Assembly: GCA_965602015.1 (NCBI GenBank)
Contig: OZ271918.1
Coordinates: 1,024,001-1,088,000, forward strand
From: Salinispira sp.
GTDB lineage: Bacteria > Spirochaetota > Spirochaetia > DSM-27196 > Salinispiraceae
DNA length: 64,000 nt
Direction: 5' to 3'
The notes under the pieces were generated by a model. The model was not told the DNA's origin, made no database searches, and saw nothing but the letters and a program-made list of their open reading frames with translations. A program made the position numbers and the translations under genes. How positions within the stretch are numbered: the first letter of the stretch is position 1; each line of letters opens with the position of its first letter. Shown here one piece after another: positions 41,489-52,346 of the stretch.

Positions 41489-42483
41489 TGAGCAGAGCCA
41501 AGAAATATGATAAGGATTTTCTCATCGAATCTCTTCGGGAGATGACCCTGATGCGCCGGTTTGAAGAAAAGGCCGGGCAGATGTATGGACTGAAAAAAAT
41601 CGGCGGATTTTGCCACCTCTATAACGGTCAGGAAGCCGTGGCTTCCGGATCGATCCGTGCCCTGGATCTGAAGCGAGACTATGTGCTCACCAGCTACCGG
41701 GACCATGCCCACGCGATCGCCTGCGGTATGGATCCGAAGAACATCATGGCCGAACTATACGGGAAAATCACCGGCGTCAGCCGGGGAAAAGGCGGCTCCA
41801 TGCATATGTTCGACTCTGAGAAGCATATGCTCGGGGGCAACGGTATCGTCGGGGCGCAAATTCCCCTTGCGACGGGGACGGCGTTCAGCCAGGCGTATTG
41901 GTACAAGCTGGGCAAGGTCAAGGAAATGGGGGTCAGCCTCTGTTACTTCGGCGACGGAGCCATTCACCAGGGCGCTTTTCACGAAAGCCTGAACCTCGCC
42001 CGGGTCTGGGACCTGCCGGTAATCTATTTGGTCGAAAATAACCGCTTCGGGATGGGCACCGCGGTCAAGCGGGTTTCCGCCGTGGAAGATTTTAATCTCA
42101 AAGCCAGCGGCTACGACATCGAGGGGCGGATTCTCAACGGTATGGATTTCTTCGACATGTACGAAGGCGTGCTGGACATGGTCAAGGATAGCCGGAAATC
42201 CGGCAAAGCCTTCCTTGTCGATGTAAAAACCTACCGCTACAAAGGACATTCGATGAGTGACCCGGCGAAGTATCGGACAAAAGAAGAACTGGAATCCTTT
42301 AAGAATCAGGATCCCATCATCACGCTGAAAAAGGACATGCTCGATGCCGGTATGATTTCCGACGAAGAGTACAAGGCCATGGATGACGAGGTGAAGCAGC
42401 AGGTGAGCGAGGCGGTGGATTTTGCCGAAAAGAGCCCCGAGCCCCCGCTTCACACTATGTATGAAGACATCTACGCCGACTGA
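41488..42483 (+). CDS. pdhA: Pyruvate dehydrogenase E1 alpha
   Basis: GFCHLYNGQEA, GDGA...N TPP motif, YRYKGHSMSDP. Confidence 0.96.
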   Translation: MSRAKKYDKDFLIESLREMTLMRRFEEKAGQMYGLKKIGGFCHLYNGQEAVASGSIRALDLKRDYVLTSYRDHAHAIACGMDPKNIMAELYGKITGVSRGKGGSMHMFDSEKHMLGGNGIVGAQIPLATGTAFSQAYWYKLGKVKEMGVSLCYFGDGAIHQGAFHESLNLARVWDLPVIYLVENNRFGMGTAVKRVSAVEDFNLKASGYDIEGRILNGMDFFDMYEGVLDMVKDSRKSGKAFLVDVKTYRYKGHSMSDPAKYRTKEELESFKNQDPIITLKKDMLDAGMISDEEYKAMDDEVKQQVSEAVDFAEKSPEPPLHTMYEDIYAD

Positions 42484-42513
42484 GTCAGCGGATCTGATTA
42501 AGAGAGGATAAAC

Positions 42514-43494
42514 ATGGGAATTTTAACAGTAAGAGAAGCATTGAATCAGGCCCTCGATGAGGAGATGACCCGCGATGAAGCGGTGCTGCTTATGGGGGAG
42601 GAAGTTGCCGAGTACAACGGCGCGTACAAGGTCAGCAAAGGCCTTTTGGACAAGTTTGGCCCCCATCGGGTGCTCGATACCCCGATAGCCGAGCTTGGAT
42701 TCACCGGCATAGGGGTGGGAGCCGCCCAAGTGGGCTTGCGTCCCGTTGTTGAATGGATGACCATGAATTTCTCCCTTCTGGCTCTGGACCAGGTGGTCAA
42801 CAACGCGGCGAAACTTCGCCATATGTCCGGAGGTCAGCTCCAGGTGCCCATCGTGTTCCGGGCTCCCAACGGCCCCGCAGAGTTCCTGAGTTCTCAGCAC
42901 AGCCAGAGCTTTGCTTCATACTATGCGCACATTCCGGGCTTAAAAGTGGTGGCCATTTCCACCCCCCACAATGCCAAGGGGCTCCTGAAATCCGCAATCC
43001 GGGACAATAACCCGGTGGTGTTTCTGGAAGCGGAAATGATGTACGGACTTAAGGGCGACGTCCCCGAAGAAGAGTATCTGCTCCCCCTGGACAAGGCGGA
43101 AATCGCCCGGGAGGGCAGCGACATAACCCTCATTACTTTCGGCAAGGTTCGCCACATGGTGCTTCAGGCAGCGGAAGAACTGGCCAAACTGGGAATTGAA
43201 GCCGAGGTCATCGACATGATATCACTGCGGCCAATCGACGAAGATACAATTTACGAGTCAGTGCGGAAAACCAACCGGGCGGTGGTGATCGATGAAGCCT
43301 GGCCACTTGCTTCGGTGGGATCCCACGTTTCCTACCTGATAAGCAGTAACTGCTTCGATGACCTGGACGCCCAGGTGGAGTTTATTTCCAGCGAGGACGT
43401 GCCGATGCCCTACAACCATACCCTTGAGCTCGAAGTCCAGCCCACGGTAGAGAAAATCGTCAACGCTTCAAAGCGCGCACTGTACATGGAATAG
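42514..43494 (+). CDS. pdhB: Pyruvate dehydrogenase E1 beta
   Basis: [24 protein letters not shown]. Confidence 0.96.
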   Translation: MGILTVREALNQALDEEMTRDEAVLLMGEEVAEYNGAYKVSKGLLDKFGPHRVLDTPIAELGFTGIGVGAAQVGLRPVVEWMTMNFSLLALDQVVNNAAKLRHMSGGQLQVPIVFRAPNGPAEFLSSQHSQSFASYYAHIPGLKVVAISTPHNAKGLLKSAIRDNNPVVFLEAEMMYGLKGDVPEEEYLLPLDKAEIAREGSDITLITFGKVRHMVLQAAEELAKLGIEAEVIDMISLRPIDEDTIYESVRKTNRAVVIDEAWPLASVGSHVSYLISSNCFDDLDAQVEFISSEDVPMPYNHTLELEVQPTVEKIVNASKRALYME

Positions 43495-43559
43495 AGTATG
43501 CAGACGCCGCAGCTAATCGCGGCGTTGCCGGCGGGGCCCGGACCCCACAGGAGAATCAC

Positions 43560-44858
43560 ATGGCTGAAAAGATTTTTATGATTGCCCTCAGTCCCACGAT
43601 GGAAGAGGGAACCATACTAAAATGGACAAAAAAAGAAGGGGATGTCATCGCCACCGGCGACGTCATCTGCGAAGTCGAGACCGACAAGGCGAGCATGGAT
43701 TACGAGTCCGCCCAGGAAGGCACCCTGCTCAAAATCGTAAAAGGCGAGGGCAGTGGGGCTAAGGTCGGCGATACCATCGGCATTATCGGCGAGAGCGGCG
43801 AAGACATAGCCGAGATTCTTAAAGAGGCCGAAAACGAAGCCGCCGCCCCATCCGGAGAAGGCGACGGGGACGCCGCTGACACGGATAAGTCAGCAGATAA
43901 CGCGGCCGATACCAAGGCGGCCGACAAAACATCGGCATCGTCCCCGGCTCCGTCACCAGCTCCAGCACCACAAGGGCGGTCCGACGGGCGAATCGTCGCC
44001 AGCCCCCTGGCTCTTAAATTGGCAGCCCAAAAAGGAATCGATATTTCAACCGTTCACGGCAGCGGACCAAACGGCCGCATCGTAAAGCGGGACATCGAAA
44101 GCTATAAGGGCCCGGCCGGCGCCACATCGGCGCCTTCAAGACCCGCCCAGTCCTTCGCCCCCGCAGCAGCAGCCGGGGAAGACCGGGAGATACCCGTAAC
44201 CGGAAAACGAGCGGTAATCGCCAAGCGCTTGGCTGAAAGCATGTTTAGTGCGGTTCACTACTACGTCAAAAACAAGGTTGCCATGGACAATCTGATGGCA
44301 GCCCGCTCGATGCTGAACAAGGAAGTCCCCGAAAAGGTCAGTTTTAACGCGTTTATGATCAAATTCGTTGCGGAAGCCCTGAAGCGCTACCCCGCGGTAA
44401 ACGCTAGCTGGCAGGGGGATAAAATTCTCGAGTTCGGCAGCATAGACATCGGCCTTGCGGTCGACCTGGGCAACGGTCTTATCACCCCGATTGTCAGGAA
44501 TGCGGGCAACAAGGGCGTGGTCCAGATAGACTCCGAGCTGAAGGAACTCATCAAGAAGGCCGGAGACGGAAGTCTTAAGCCCGAAGAATACACGGGAGCG
44601 ACGTTCAGCATATCCAATCTGGGAAGCTTTGGTGTGGATGAGTTTACCGCGGTGATAAATCCTCCGGGGTCGGCAATTCTTGCCCTGGGCAAGGTCACCA
44701 AAACGCCGGTATATGACGACGGCGGAAACCTGGTGCCGGTCAACCAGATGGTCATGACCCTCAGCTGCGACCATCGGGTTATTGACGGTGCGTTGGGCGG
44801 ACGGTTCCTTTCGGAGCTTCAGAAAATGATGGAGAATCCCGTTCGGCTCCTGTTCTAA
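43560..44858 (+). CDS. pdhC: Dihydrolipoamide acetyltransferase (E2)
   Basis: Single lipoyl domain ETDKA; E3-binding domain [15 protein letters not shown]. Confidence 0.96.
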   Translation: MAEKIFMIALSPTMEEGTILKWTKKEGDVIATGDVICEVETDKASMDYESAQEGTLLKIVKGEGSGAKVGDTIGIIGESGEDIAEILKEAENEAAAPSGEGDGDAADTDKSADNAADTKAADKTSASSPAPSPAPAPQGRSDGRIVASPLALKLAAQKGIDISTVHGSGPNGRIVKRDIESYKGPAGATSAPSRPAQSFAPAAAAGEDREIPVTGKRAVIAKRLAESMFSAVHYYVKNKVAMDNLMAARSMLNKEVPEKVSFNAFMIKFVAEALKRYPAVNASWQGDKILEFGSIDIGLAVDLGNGLITPIVRNAGNKGVVQIDSELKELIKKAGDGSLKPEEYTGATFSISNLGSFGVDEFTAVINPPGSAILALGKVTKTPVYDDGGNLVPVNQMVMTLSCDHRVIDGALGGRFLSELQKMMENPVRLLF

Positions 44859-44916
44859 GGTGCCGGGAGGTCTGCAGCAAAGACGCCGCAGTCCTCCCGA
44901 AGTAAGGAAGGTAACT

Positions 44917-46323
44917 ATGGCAGATAAAAAATACGACGTAGCAATAATCGGAGCCGGCCCCGGGGGCTATGTTGCGGCAATCCGCGCCAGCCAGCTCGGC
45001 TTAAAAACCGCGGTAATCGAGAAAGACAAGGCCGGGGGGGTCTGCGGAAACTGGGGCTGCATACCCTCAAAAGCCCTTCTTCACCAGGCGGAGATGTTCA
45101 ACGATATTTCCCACCTGGAGAAGATGGGGGTAAAGGTGGACAGCTCGGGCCTCGACTATTCGAAGGTCCACGCCATCAGCCGCAAGGCGGCCTCCAAGAG
45201 CGGGAAGGGCGTCGAGTATCTGCTCAAGAAAAACAAGGTTGATCTCGTCTCCGGAACTGCGGAAATCTCCGGACCAAAAGAAGTATCGGTTACCGGCGGC
45301 AAGGACGGAGATCTCAAAATTGAGACCAAGTTTATCCTCATCGCCACGGGTTCCCGCCCGAGGGAGATCCCCGGCTTCGAGTTCGATGAAGAACAGGTTC
45401 TCAGCTCGACGGGAATTTTGAGTCTGGAAAAGCTGCCCAAGAGCCTGTTGATCCTCGGAGCCGGCGCCATCGGTATGGAATTCGCCTACGTGATGAGCGC
45501 CTTCGGCGTCCAGGTTACCGTGGTCGAGATGATGGACCGCCTGCTTCCCCTTGAAGACGCCGAGGTAAGCAAGGTTATGGAGGCTGAATTCAAAAAACTC
45601 GGTGTGACCTACCACACCGGAGTCAAGGCCGGCGATCTCAAGAAAACAAAAACCGGGGTCAGCATTTCCGCCGAGGCTAAGGACGGCAAGAAGGAAAATC
45701 TCAAGGCCGATAAAATACTGGTCGCCGTGGGCCGGGCGCCCAACTCCGAAGGCATCGGTTTGGAAAACCTCGGCATCCGCACCGAAAAGGGTTTTATCAA
45801 GACCGGCGATTACTACCAGACCGACATCCCCGGCGTCTATGCCATCGGCGACGTCATCTCTTCGCCTCTTCTGGCCCATGTGGCGAGCAAGGAAGGGGAA
45901 ATTGCCGTTGAACATATGGCGGGACATGCGGGGCATGAAAAACGGGTAGACCCCGACGAAATTCCCGGCGCCGTCTATACCGAACCCGGAGTGGGATCCT
46001 TCGGTCCGACCGAGGAAGAGGCAAAGAAGCGGGGACTGAACTACGGCAGCTACAGTTTCCCCTACAACGGCATCGGCAAGGCAAACGCCATTGAGAAGGC
46101 AAACGGGCTGGTCAAAATCATTTTTGACAAGGAAACCCACGAAATTCTCGGCGGTCACGTGGTGGGCTATAGTGCTACCGAACTGGTTCACGAAATACTA
46201 CTGGCCAAGTGCACCGAACTGCTTCCCGAAGACCTTGCGACGATGATCCATGCCCATCCCACCATTAGCGAGGGAATAATGGAATCGATGAGAGGCGTCG
46301 AGGGCTGGGCCATTCACATATAG
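44917..46323 (+). CDS. lpdA: Dihydrolipoamide dehydrogenase (E3)
   Basis: GAGPGGY, GGVCGNWGCIPSK, HAHPTISE; start moved to MADKKY. Confidence 0.96.
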   Translation: MADKKYDVAIIGAGPGGYVAAIRASQLGLKTAVIEKDKAGGVCGNWGCIPSKALLHQAEMFNDISHLEKMGVKVDSSGLDYSKVHAISRKAASKSGKGVEYLLKKNKVDLVSGTAEISGPKEVSVTGGKDGDLKIETKFILIATGSRPREIPGFEFDEEQVLSSTGILSLEKLPKSLLILGAGAIGMEFAYVMSAFGVQVTVVEMMDRLLPLEDAEVSKVMEAEFKKLGVTYHTGVKAGDLKKTKTGVSISAEAKDGKKENLKADKILVAVGRAPNSEGIGLENLGIRTEKGFIKTGDYYQTDIPGVYAIGDVISSPLLAHVASKEGEIAVEHMAGHAGHEKRVDPDEIPGAVYTEPGVGSFGPTEEEAKKRGLNYGSYSFPYNGIGKANAIEKANGLVKIIFDKETHEILGGHVVGYSATELVHEILLAKCTELLPEDLATMIHAHPTISEGIMESMRGVEGWAIHI

Positions 46324-46350
46324 GCTCCACGCACGCCGTTGACGGTTTAT

Positions 46351-46387
46351 GCCGCCGCTTTCCTCATTGGATTGCGGCGGTTTTTTT
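46351..46387 (+). terminator. Rho-independent terminator after lpdA
   Basis: CCGCCGC...GCGGCGG stem followed by T7. Confidence 0.75.
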
Positions 46388-46398
46388 AGATCGATTTA

Positions 46399-47313
46399 TC
46401 AGAATCGATGTTCGGAAAAAGGCAGAAAATCCTGGTTGCTCACGCTTGAGACCTCAAAAGACAATCCGTTCCCCTGGATCAGCTGGCGGCTGTCATTAAC
46501 CGGCGAAGATGCGGTGTGAGGAAAACCTGCAAAACTGCCCCATTCGTCTGTCCCGGTGTCGACCACCCCGTCTGACCGAAACAGCACATATTCATATTCA
46601 CCGGGATTTGTCTCGAGGGTGTCGGTTATGACAAAGACATTGGCTTGTGATGCCGACCAGCGGAAATCCAGGTACGAGTTAAAATCATAACTGAAGGTCC
46701 GGATTTCGCTGAGGCTGGCAGAGTTGAGAAAGCGCAGGCGCGCCCGGGTAGGGGGAAACCATTCGGGATCGAAAAAGCTTTCCTGCCCGTACGCTTCTTC
46801 ATAGCTGCATTCGCTGCTCCAGACCCCCGGACTGCATTCAAGCTCCGGCCAGACTACGGCAATGATGCTTCCGTCGGGACTCGGATAAGCCCGTACCAGG
46901 TTCTCACTGGGCAAGCGGGCTTCCCCAACGACGGTTTCCATCCGGCCATCACTGTAGATAATACTAATGTACTCACCGGCGCGGTCATACCAGTTGAGCA
47001 TTATGTAGCCTTCCTGATTCTGATAGTATATTTCCACAGGCCAGCCCTCAACCTCCGGACCCCACTGGCTCGCATCGGCATCCGGCGCCGAGGCAGTCAT
47101 GACCCGAAATACCTCATTCCATTTGTGGGGAACACTGGAAAGGATTACATCACGCTCACGATGCTCCAAATCGACATAGGCTATGCCGCTGCCGGTCTCG
47201 GACCACACCGGCGAGGTGAAGTAGCGGACATCCCTGGCAAAGGAACATGAACTCATGGTTATAACAAGGGCAATTATCAACCCAAAGCCTGCAGACATGC
47301 CGGATCGTTTCAT
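46399..47313 (-). CDS. Hypothetical lipoprotein (possible beta-propeller)
   Basis: Lipobox MSSC; SPVWS..G..IAY and PSPDGSIIAV WD40/TolB-like motifs. Confidence 0.6.
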   Translation of the reverse strand: MKRSGMSAGFGLIIALVITMSSCSFARDVRYFTSPVWSETGSGIAYVDLEHRERDVILSSVPHKWNEVFRVMTASAPDADASQWGPEVEGWPVEIYYQNQEGYIMLNWYDRAGEYISIIYSDGRMETVVGEARLPSENLVRAYPSPDGSIIAVVWPELECSPGVWSSECSYEEAYGQESFFDPEWFPPTRARLRFLNSASLSEIRTFSYDFNSYLDFRWSASQANVFVITDTLETNPGEYEYVLFRSDGVVDTGTDEWGSFAGFPHTASSPVNDSRQLIQGNGLSFEVSSVSNQDFLPFSEHRF

Positions 47314-47515
47314 ACTGACCTCCAGTTACAGGGTAATTGTAGCCCAATGGTGCCCGATAAGCATATACCTGAGTGAAATACCCGGGAAAAAAGCGGCAAT
47401 AAGACTCCATAGGATACATTTTCACATAGTGATCCCCAAGTGCTGTGTTAAGCATTTTTCACTCTGAACAATTCCCTTGTACTATGACAAAGGACCCGCT
47501 ATTCTATGATCCGCT

Positions 47516-49306
47516 ATGAGTCAAAGATCAGAACCAGCTGCAAATCCAAGCCTGCGGACACGAATAATCGCATTAGTGCTACTCCTGCTGGTTTTACCCC
47601 TGGTATTTTTTTCTGTTGCTGAAGTCATTTTGCAGCTTTCGGGTTACGGTATTGCACCGCGCCTGTTTATAGAGTCTGGAATCCCGGAAACTCTTGTTAT
47701 TAATGATGATTTTTTTAGACTCTTCTACCCTTCAATTAGCCAGACAGCCGTCGAAAGCGGTGAGGTATATAGGCCCAGCCTATTGACCATGCCAAAGCCC
47801 AATGATGTATATCGTGTGTTTATTCTGGGTGGTTCAACCGCCAAAGGATTTCCTTATTACGACCGGCATGCATTTCCCAATATCGCCGCGGAACAGCTCA
47901 ACGCCAATCTGAGGGGAAAGCGCATAGAAGTACATAATCTCGCTCAATCCGCAATGAGCTCATATTATGTCCGTGAAACCGCAAGATTGGCCCGGAAATA
48001 TGAACCGGACCTTATTATCATTTATAGCGGCCATAATGAGTATTACGGGACAATTGCTGCGGGTTCCGGAGGCGGCCACTTCGGCAAAAAACTGTTCATT
48101 GCTCTTAATCGCTTCAGGGTTTTTCAGTTTCTTTTCACTTTGATGGACGGCACAGACCGGACAGCCCCCGTCTCCGAGTCGCTTATGGCTCAGAGATTGA
48201 GGCAGGGTAGTTACCCCGCTGATGTGAATTTTGATGAGCGGATTGCGCGCCGATTTATTGATAACATAGATGATAGCGCACGCTATGCCCGTCAGGCCGG
48301 AATAGATGTACTTGTAATGGAACCCATAAGCAATCTCCTGGACATGCCGCCGTTTTCTTCAACGGCACCAGATCACATCCTCAATGAAATTCGTGACACC
48401 GCATCCCAAGCTCCGGCTAAGGGGCGATGGCCTGACATCGCTGCGGATTTGTTTTCCGATGTTATTGACTCGGAAGATAATGCTCACTTTCTGTACCTGC
48501 GCGAGTACGGTAGCACTGATCCCTCTATTGAAAATCTTGTCATGGCCAAGGATCGAGACACAAGCCCGTTTCGGGCCCGATCCGTTTTGATTGACTCCCT
48601 GCGGGACTGGGCTAATAGAAATCCTGATGTTGGCTATATTGCGACGGATCAGGAAATCCTAAGACTTGATGCTATCGAGAATAGGGGGAACAGTCTTTTT
48701 ATTGATCACTTGCATTTTACCTTTACAGGACAGCTTATCGTGGGCAACATAGTGGCCCGACGTATTGCAGAGCAGTTCTTAGTCGTTGAGGACATGAGTA
48801 TTCTTACAGAGTCCGAAGTAAGAGAACGCATCTTTTTCCATCCGGCACTGCAATACGAAAAGGAAAAATCCGTATTAGAGTTAATCACCCAGCCGCCGTT
48901 TATCAACATGGCATTCCCTTACGTAAATAATCACCTGCGAGAAACTTTGGTAAAAAATCCGCTGAATGACATACCGCAAATTGGAGAGCAGTTAGCACGT
49001 AGCCGTTCAATGGATATACTCCAGTTGGTTGGCGAGTATTATCTCGAGAATCGCCAGTTCGAACAGCTATACGACTTTTTACAGACCCTTGTGTACATAA
49101 ACCCCGGCGATCCGCGGACACATTTGAACCTGGCAGACCTGGTATCCATCAATCCCCAAACCCACCAGGCTGCCTTGTATCATTTTCAAATTGGATATTT
49201 ACTGTCTGGCCGAGATCCTGAAGTTCTCTCGCGCTTTAAGAATTTTACTGAGCAAAATGGATACCAGTCGCAGCTGGAAGCTTTTCTTCAGCGTCTGGGT
49301 GAATAG
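47516..49306 (+). CDS. Membrane-anchored SGNH/GDSL-fold protein with C-terminal TPR
   Basis: LGGST (block I), GHNEY (block III), DHLH (block V); N-terminal TM. Confidence 0.75.
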   Translation: MSQRSEPAANPSLRTRIIALVLLLLVLPLVFFSVAEVILQLSGYGIAPRLFIESGIPETLVINDDFFRLFYPSISQTAVESGEVYRPSLLTMPKPNDVYRVFILGGSTAKGFPYYDRHAFPNIAAEQLNANLRGKRIEVHNLAQSAMSSYYVRETARLARKYEPDLIIIYSGHNEYYGTIAAGSGGGHFGKKLFIALNRFRVFQFLFTLMDGTDRTAPVSESLMAQRLRQGSYPADVNFDERIARRFIDNIDDSARYARQAGIDVLVMEPISNLLDMPPFSSTAPDHILNEIRDTASQAPAKGRWPDIAADLFSDVIDSEDNAHFLYLREYGSTDPSIENLVMAKDRDTSPFRARSVLIDSLRDWANRNPDVGYIATDQEILRLDAIENRGNSLFIDHLHFTFTGQLIVGNIVARRIAEQFLVVEDMSILTESEVRERIFFHPALQYEKEKSVLELITQPPFINMAFPYVNNHLRETLVKNPLNDIPQIGEQLARSRSMDILQLVGEYYLENRQFEQLYDFLQTLVYINPGDPRTHLNLADLVSINPQTHQAALYHFQIGYLLSGRDPEVLSRFKNFTEQNGYQSQLEAFLQRLGE

Positions 49307-49315
49307 AGGGTATAT

Positions 49316-49474
49316 ATGGCAAAAACCAGAGTCATAAAAGAGTTGGTAGAGTACTTGGCAAAAAACAAACGGCTTTTTCTCCTTCCCCTCCTGGTAATTC
49401 TCGGAGTGGTAGGTATCGTGACAATAATTGCTCAGTCGCAGGCAATTGCACCGCTCATTTATACCTTGTTTTAG
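49316..49474 (+). CDS. DUF5989/SxtK-like small membrane protein, 52 aa (absent from the ORF track)
   Basis: MAKTRVIKELVEYLAKNKRLFLLPLLVILG...AIAPLIYTLF; typical APxIYTLF end. Confidence 0.85.
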   Translation: MAKTRVIKELVEYLAKNKRLFLLPLLVILGVVGIVTIIAQSQAIAPLIYTLF

Positions 49475-49475
49475 C

Positions 49476-51332
49476 ATGAACATACTTGGAATCTCAGCCT
49501 TCTACCATGACAGTGCTGCCGCGATAATTACTGATGGGAAAATTGCTGCCGCTGCCCAGGAAGAGCGTTTTAGTCGAAAAAAAGGTGATTCCGGTTTTCC
49601 ACAAAGAGCTGTAGAGTTCTGCTTGAAACAAGCTAATATTTCCGTCGATCAGCTCGAAGCTGTGGTCTACTACGATAAGCCACTTGTAACCTTTGAGCGC
49701 TTAATCATGAGCTATTTACACCGGGCTCCCCATGGCTTTTTCTCGTTTTTCCGCTCCATTCCGGTGTGGATTAAACGCAAGCTTTGGATTGAAGATATTA
49801 TCCGCAAAAAAATTCCTGGTGAGTACACAATACTCTTTTCGAGACATCACCACAGCCATGCGGCCAGTGCGTTTTTCCCCTCCCCATTCAAATCTGCCGC
49901 AATTGTGACATTGGACGGGGTCGGGGAATGGGAAACAACGACCATCGGCAGGGGGAGGGGGAGTTCGCTCGAATTAACCAGAGCAATTCACTTTCCTCAT
50001 TCCCTGGGGCTCTTATACTCTTCGTTCACCTATTACTGCGGTTTCCGGGTTAACTCCGGCGAATACAAACTCATGGGCTTGGCGCCCTATGGCAAACCGA
50101 AGTATGTCCAGCTAATTAAAGATCATTTGATCAGGCTAGAAGAAGACGGGAGCTTTAATCTGAATGAGCGTTACTTCAATTACATTTCCGGCTTGAGGAT
50201 GATAAATACCCGTTTCGAGAAACTTTTTAATCGTGCTGCACGCAAACCTGAGACAAATCCCGATCAATTTTACATGGATGTAGCTGCAAGTATTCAGAAG
50301 GTAACTGAAGATGCGGTGATTGGGATTGCCCGCCAAGCCAAAGCTATCAGCGGGGAAGATAACTTGGTGCTCGCCGGAGGGGTCGCTCTGAATTCCGTTG
50401 CAAATTATCGTATTTTGAAAGAAGGAGGTTTTTCCAATGTGTGGATTCAGCCCGCAGCCGGTGACGCCGGCGGAGCGCTCGGCGCCGCCTTGTATGCCTG
50501 GAATATGTATTATAAGAAGCCTCGGGCCATACCAAGCGAGCTCTCTTCCTCGGAGTATGGCTGGCATGATTTAATGGAAGGGGCCTTGTTGGGACCGGAT
50601 TTTACAGATTCTGAGATCGAAGAAAGCCTGAAAAAGCAGCAGTTGTTCTATGAAAAACTCACAGATTCACAATTATATGATCGGGCCGCTGATTCTTTGA
50701 GCAACGGAAAGGTGCTTGGATGGTTTCAAGGCCGAATGGAGTACGGGCCACGGGCTCTCGGCAGCCGGTCGATTCTCGCCGACCCCCGACAATCAGAAAT
50801 GCAAAAAACTCTCAATTTCAAAATAAAATTCAGAGAGGGATTCCGGCCCTTCGCACCGGTGGTCCTTGCCGAGAAACAGCAAGAATGGTTTGATTTGCAG
50901 CAGGTTTCCCCTTATATGCTCATGGTTGCGCCGGTTTCCGAAATAAAGCGAGTCGGAAGTACGGGCAGGCATCAGAAGGAATCGGGTTTTTCTAGCCTCC
51001 GAGAGAAAAGGTCGGAAATTCCATCGGTAACTCATGTGGATTATAGCGCCCGCCTGCAGTCGGTCCATCGCAAACTTCATGGGAAACTGTACGAGCTGTT
51101 ACAATGCTTCGATAGAAAAACCGGATGCCCTGTTCTGATCAATACGAGTTTTAATGTACGGGGAGAGCCTATCGTGAATTCCCCAGATGACGCTATCCGC
51201 TGTTTCCTCGGCACCCACATGGATGCCCTTGCGATTGGTAACTACTACGTTTCAAAATCAAGGCAAAACCTCGATAAGACTACTTTGGATGATCTACTCG
51301 AAGGCTGGAGGCAAGGACATGTCTATGACTAG
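49476..51332 (+). CDS. Carbamoyltransferase (CmcH/NodU/SxtI family)
   Basis: ILGISAFYHDSAA, HHHSHA, GEYKLMGLAPYG, GPRALGSRS, NTSFNVRGEP. Confidence 0.95.
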   Translation: MNILGISAFYHDSAAAIITDGKIAAAAQEERFSRKKGDSGFPQRAVEFCLKQANISVDQLEAVVYYDKPLVTFERLIMSYLHRAPHGFFSFFRSIPVWIKRKLWIEDIIRKKIPGEYTILFSRHHHSHAASAFFPSPFKSAAIVTLDGVGEWETTTIGRGRGSSLELTRAIHFPHSLGLLYSSFTYYCGFRVNSGEYKLMGLAPYGKPKYVQLIKDHLIRLEEDGSFNLNERYFNYISGLRMINTRFEKLFNRAARKPETNPDQFYMDVAASIQKVTEDAVIGIARQAKAISGEDNLVLAGGVALNSVANYRILKEGGFSNVWIQPAAGDAGGALGAALYAWNMYYKKPRAIPSELSSSEYGWHDLMEGALLGPDFTDSEIEESLKKQQLFYEKLTDSQLYDRAADSLSNGKVLGWFQGRMEYGPRALGSRSILADPRQSEMQKTLNFKIKFREGFRPFAPVVLAEKQQEWFDLQQVSPYMLMVAPVSEIKRVGSTGRHQKESGFSSLREKRSEIPSVTHVDYSARLQSVHRKLHGKLYELLQCFDRKTGCPVLINTSFNVRGEPIVNSPDDAIRCFLGTHMDALAIGNYYVSKSRQNLDKTTLDDLLEGWRQGHVYD

Positions 51333-51714
51333 GGTCACGCGGTTCGGACAAAAGCGGATAATCCAAAGCATAGTGTTCAGTCTGATTGGCATGGGCTTGC
51401 TCGCCAGTCTTCTACTTTTGCGTGGGCACCGAACCGCGGCTATTACGGTAATTATCCTTGCGTTCTTACATGGCGCGTTGAATCTTTTATGGCGCGGATA
51501 TAGAACTGCTTTTAGCCGTTTTTCAGTTGCCATGATACGGCTGATTGGGACTATCATCAGCGCCGTTGTCCTGGGTTTGTTTTATTTCACCGTGTTCTCC
51601 GTTTTCTCATTGCTGTGGAAACTTTTCAGAAAGGATGAACTTATACGCAATGGCGGATGGCAGGTAATCGATTCCAGGGAAAACGACCCTTCACGGCTTG
51701 AGAAACTCTATTAG
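51325..51714 (+). CDS. SxtJ-like membrane protein
   Basis: Short multi-TM protein; LIGTIISAVVLGLFYF...KD motif; follows the carbamoyltransferase. Confidence 0.7.
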   Translation: MTRVTRFGQKRIIQSIVFSLIGMGLLASLLLLRGHRTAAITVIILAFLHGALNLLWRGYRTAFSRFSVAMIRLIGTIISAVVLGLFYFTVFSVFSLLWKLFRKDELIRNGGWQVIDSRENDPSRLEKLY

Positions 51715-51784
51715 CTAAACCAACTCCTGTGATTTGTTTCTCTTTTGATTGGACAGCAGCAATTGCTCTGCCTATATTGGACTT

Positions 51785-52054
51785 ATGGTCACAAAAACCA
51801 TTACCCTCACCAATCCCAAGGGCATTCACGCGCGCCCGTCTGCTATGATTCTCCAGACTGCGCAGAATTACAAATCGGATATTGAACTGATCAAGGACGG
51901 CGAAGTAGCACATGCCGGAGACATCATGTCCATAATAGCCCTTGGCGCAATGCATGGCGATGAAATTACCCTTCGCTGTAACGGACCTGATGAAGGCGCC
52001 GCCCTGGAGCATATGCTTGAAATATTCGCTCGACGCTTTGATGACCATGATTAG
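51785..52054 (+). CDS. HPr family phosphocarrier paralogue (His15 intact, Asp at position 46)
   Basis: GIHARPSA; ungapped alignment to canonical HPr numbering gives G45-D46-I47-M48. Confidence 0.92.
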   Translation: MVTKTITLTNPKGIHARPSAMILQTAQNYKSDIELIKDGEVAHAGDIMSIIALGAMHGDEITLRCNGPDEGAALEHMLEIFARRFDDHD

Positions 52055-52346
52055 ACCGCAAAAAACTGTATGTATATACAGGTATTAACCGAATTTTTGT
52101 ATTTTCTTCCAAAACAATTCCCATTCTATGTATATCAATGCAATTAAATCGCTTTACCCTGTATTTTAATGAGAAAGTTGGACTGTTTCGCAACGAATTT
52201 TTCCTTGTCAAATAAAAAAAGTGATGGTTAAATGATGTGTATCAAGGGGTATTCTTGGGGGACTACTCTTGAAGCTGTGTTTTTCACAGTTGCAGCAGCC
52301 GACCCACGGCTTTCTCCGGACTGAAAATGGGGTTTTAGTCCGATTG

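Noticed and set aside
49316..51714. Saxitoxin biosynthesis
   Set aside because: Only sxtI/J/K-like genes are present; no sxtA, sxtG or other core genes are in the window.
47400..52300. Mobile element or prophage explaining the AT-richer segment
   Set aside because: No integrase, transposase, tRNA target or flanking direct repeats seen.
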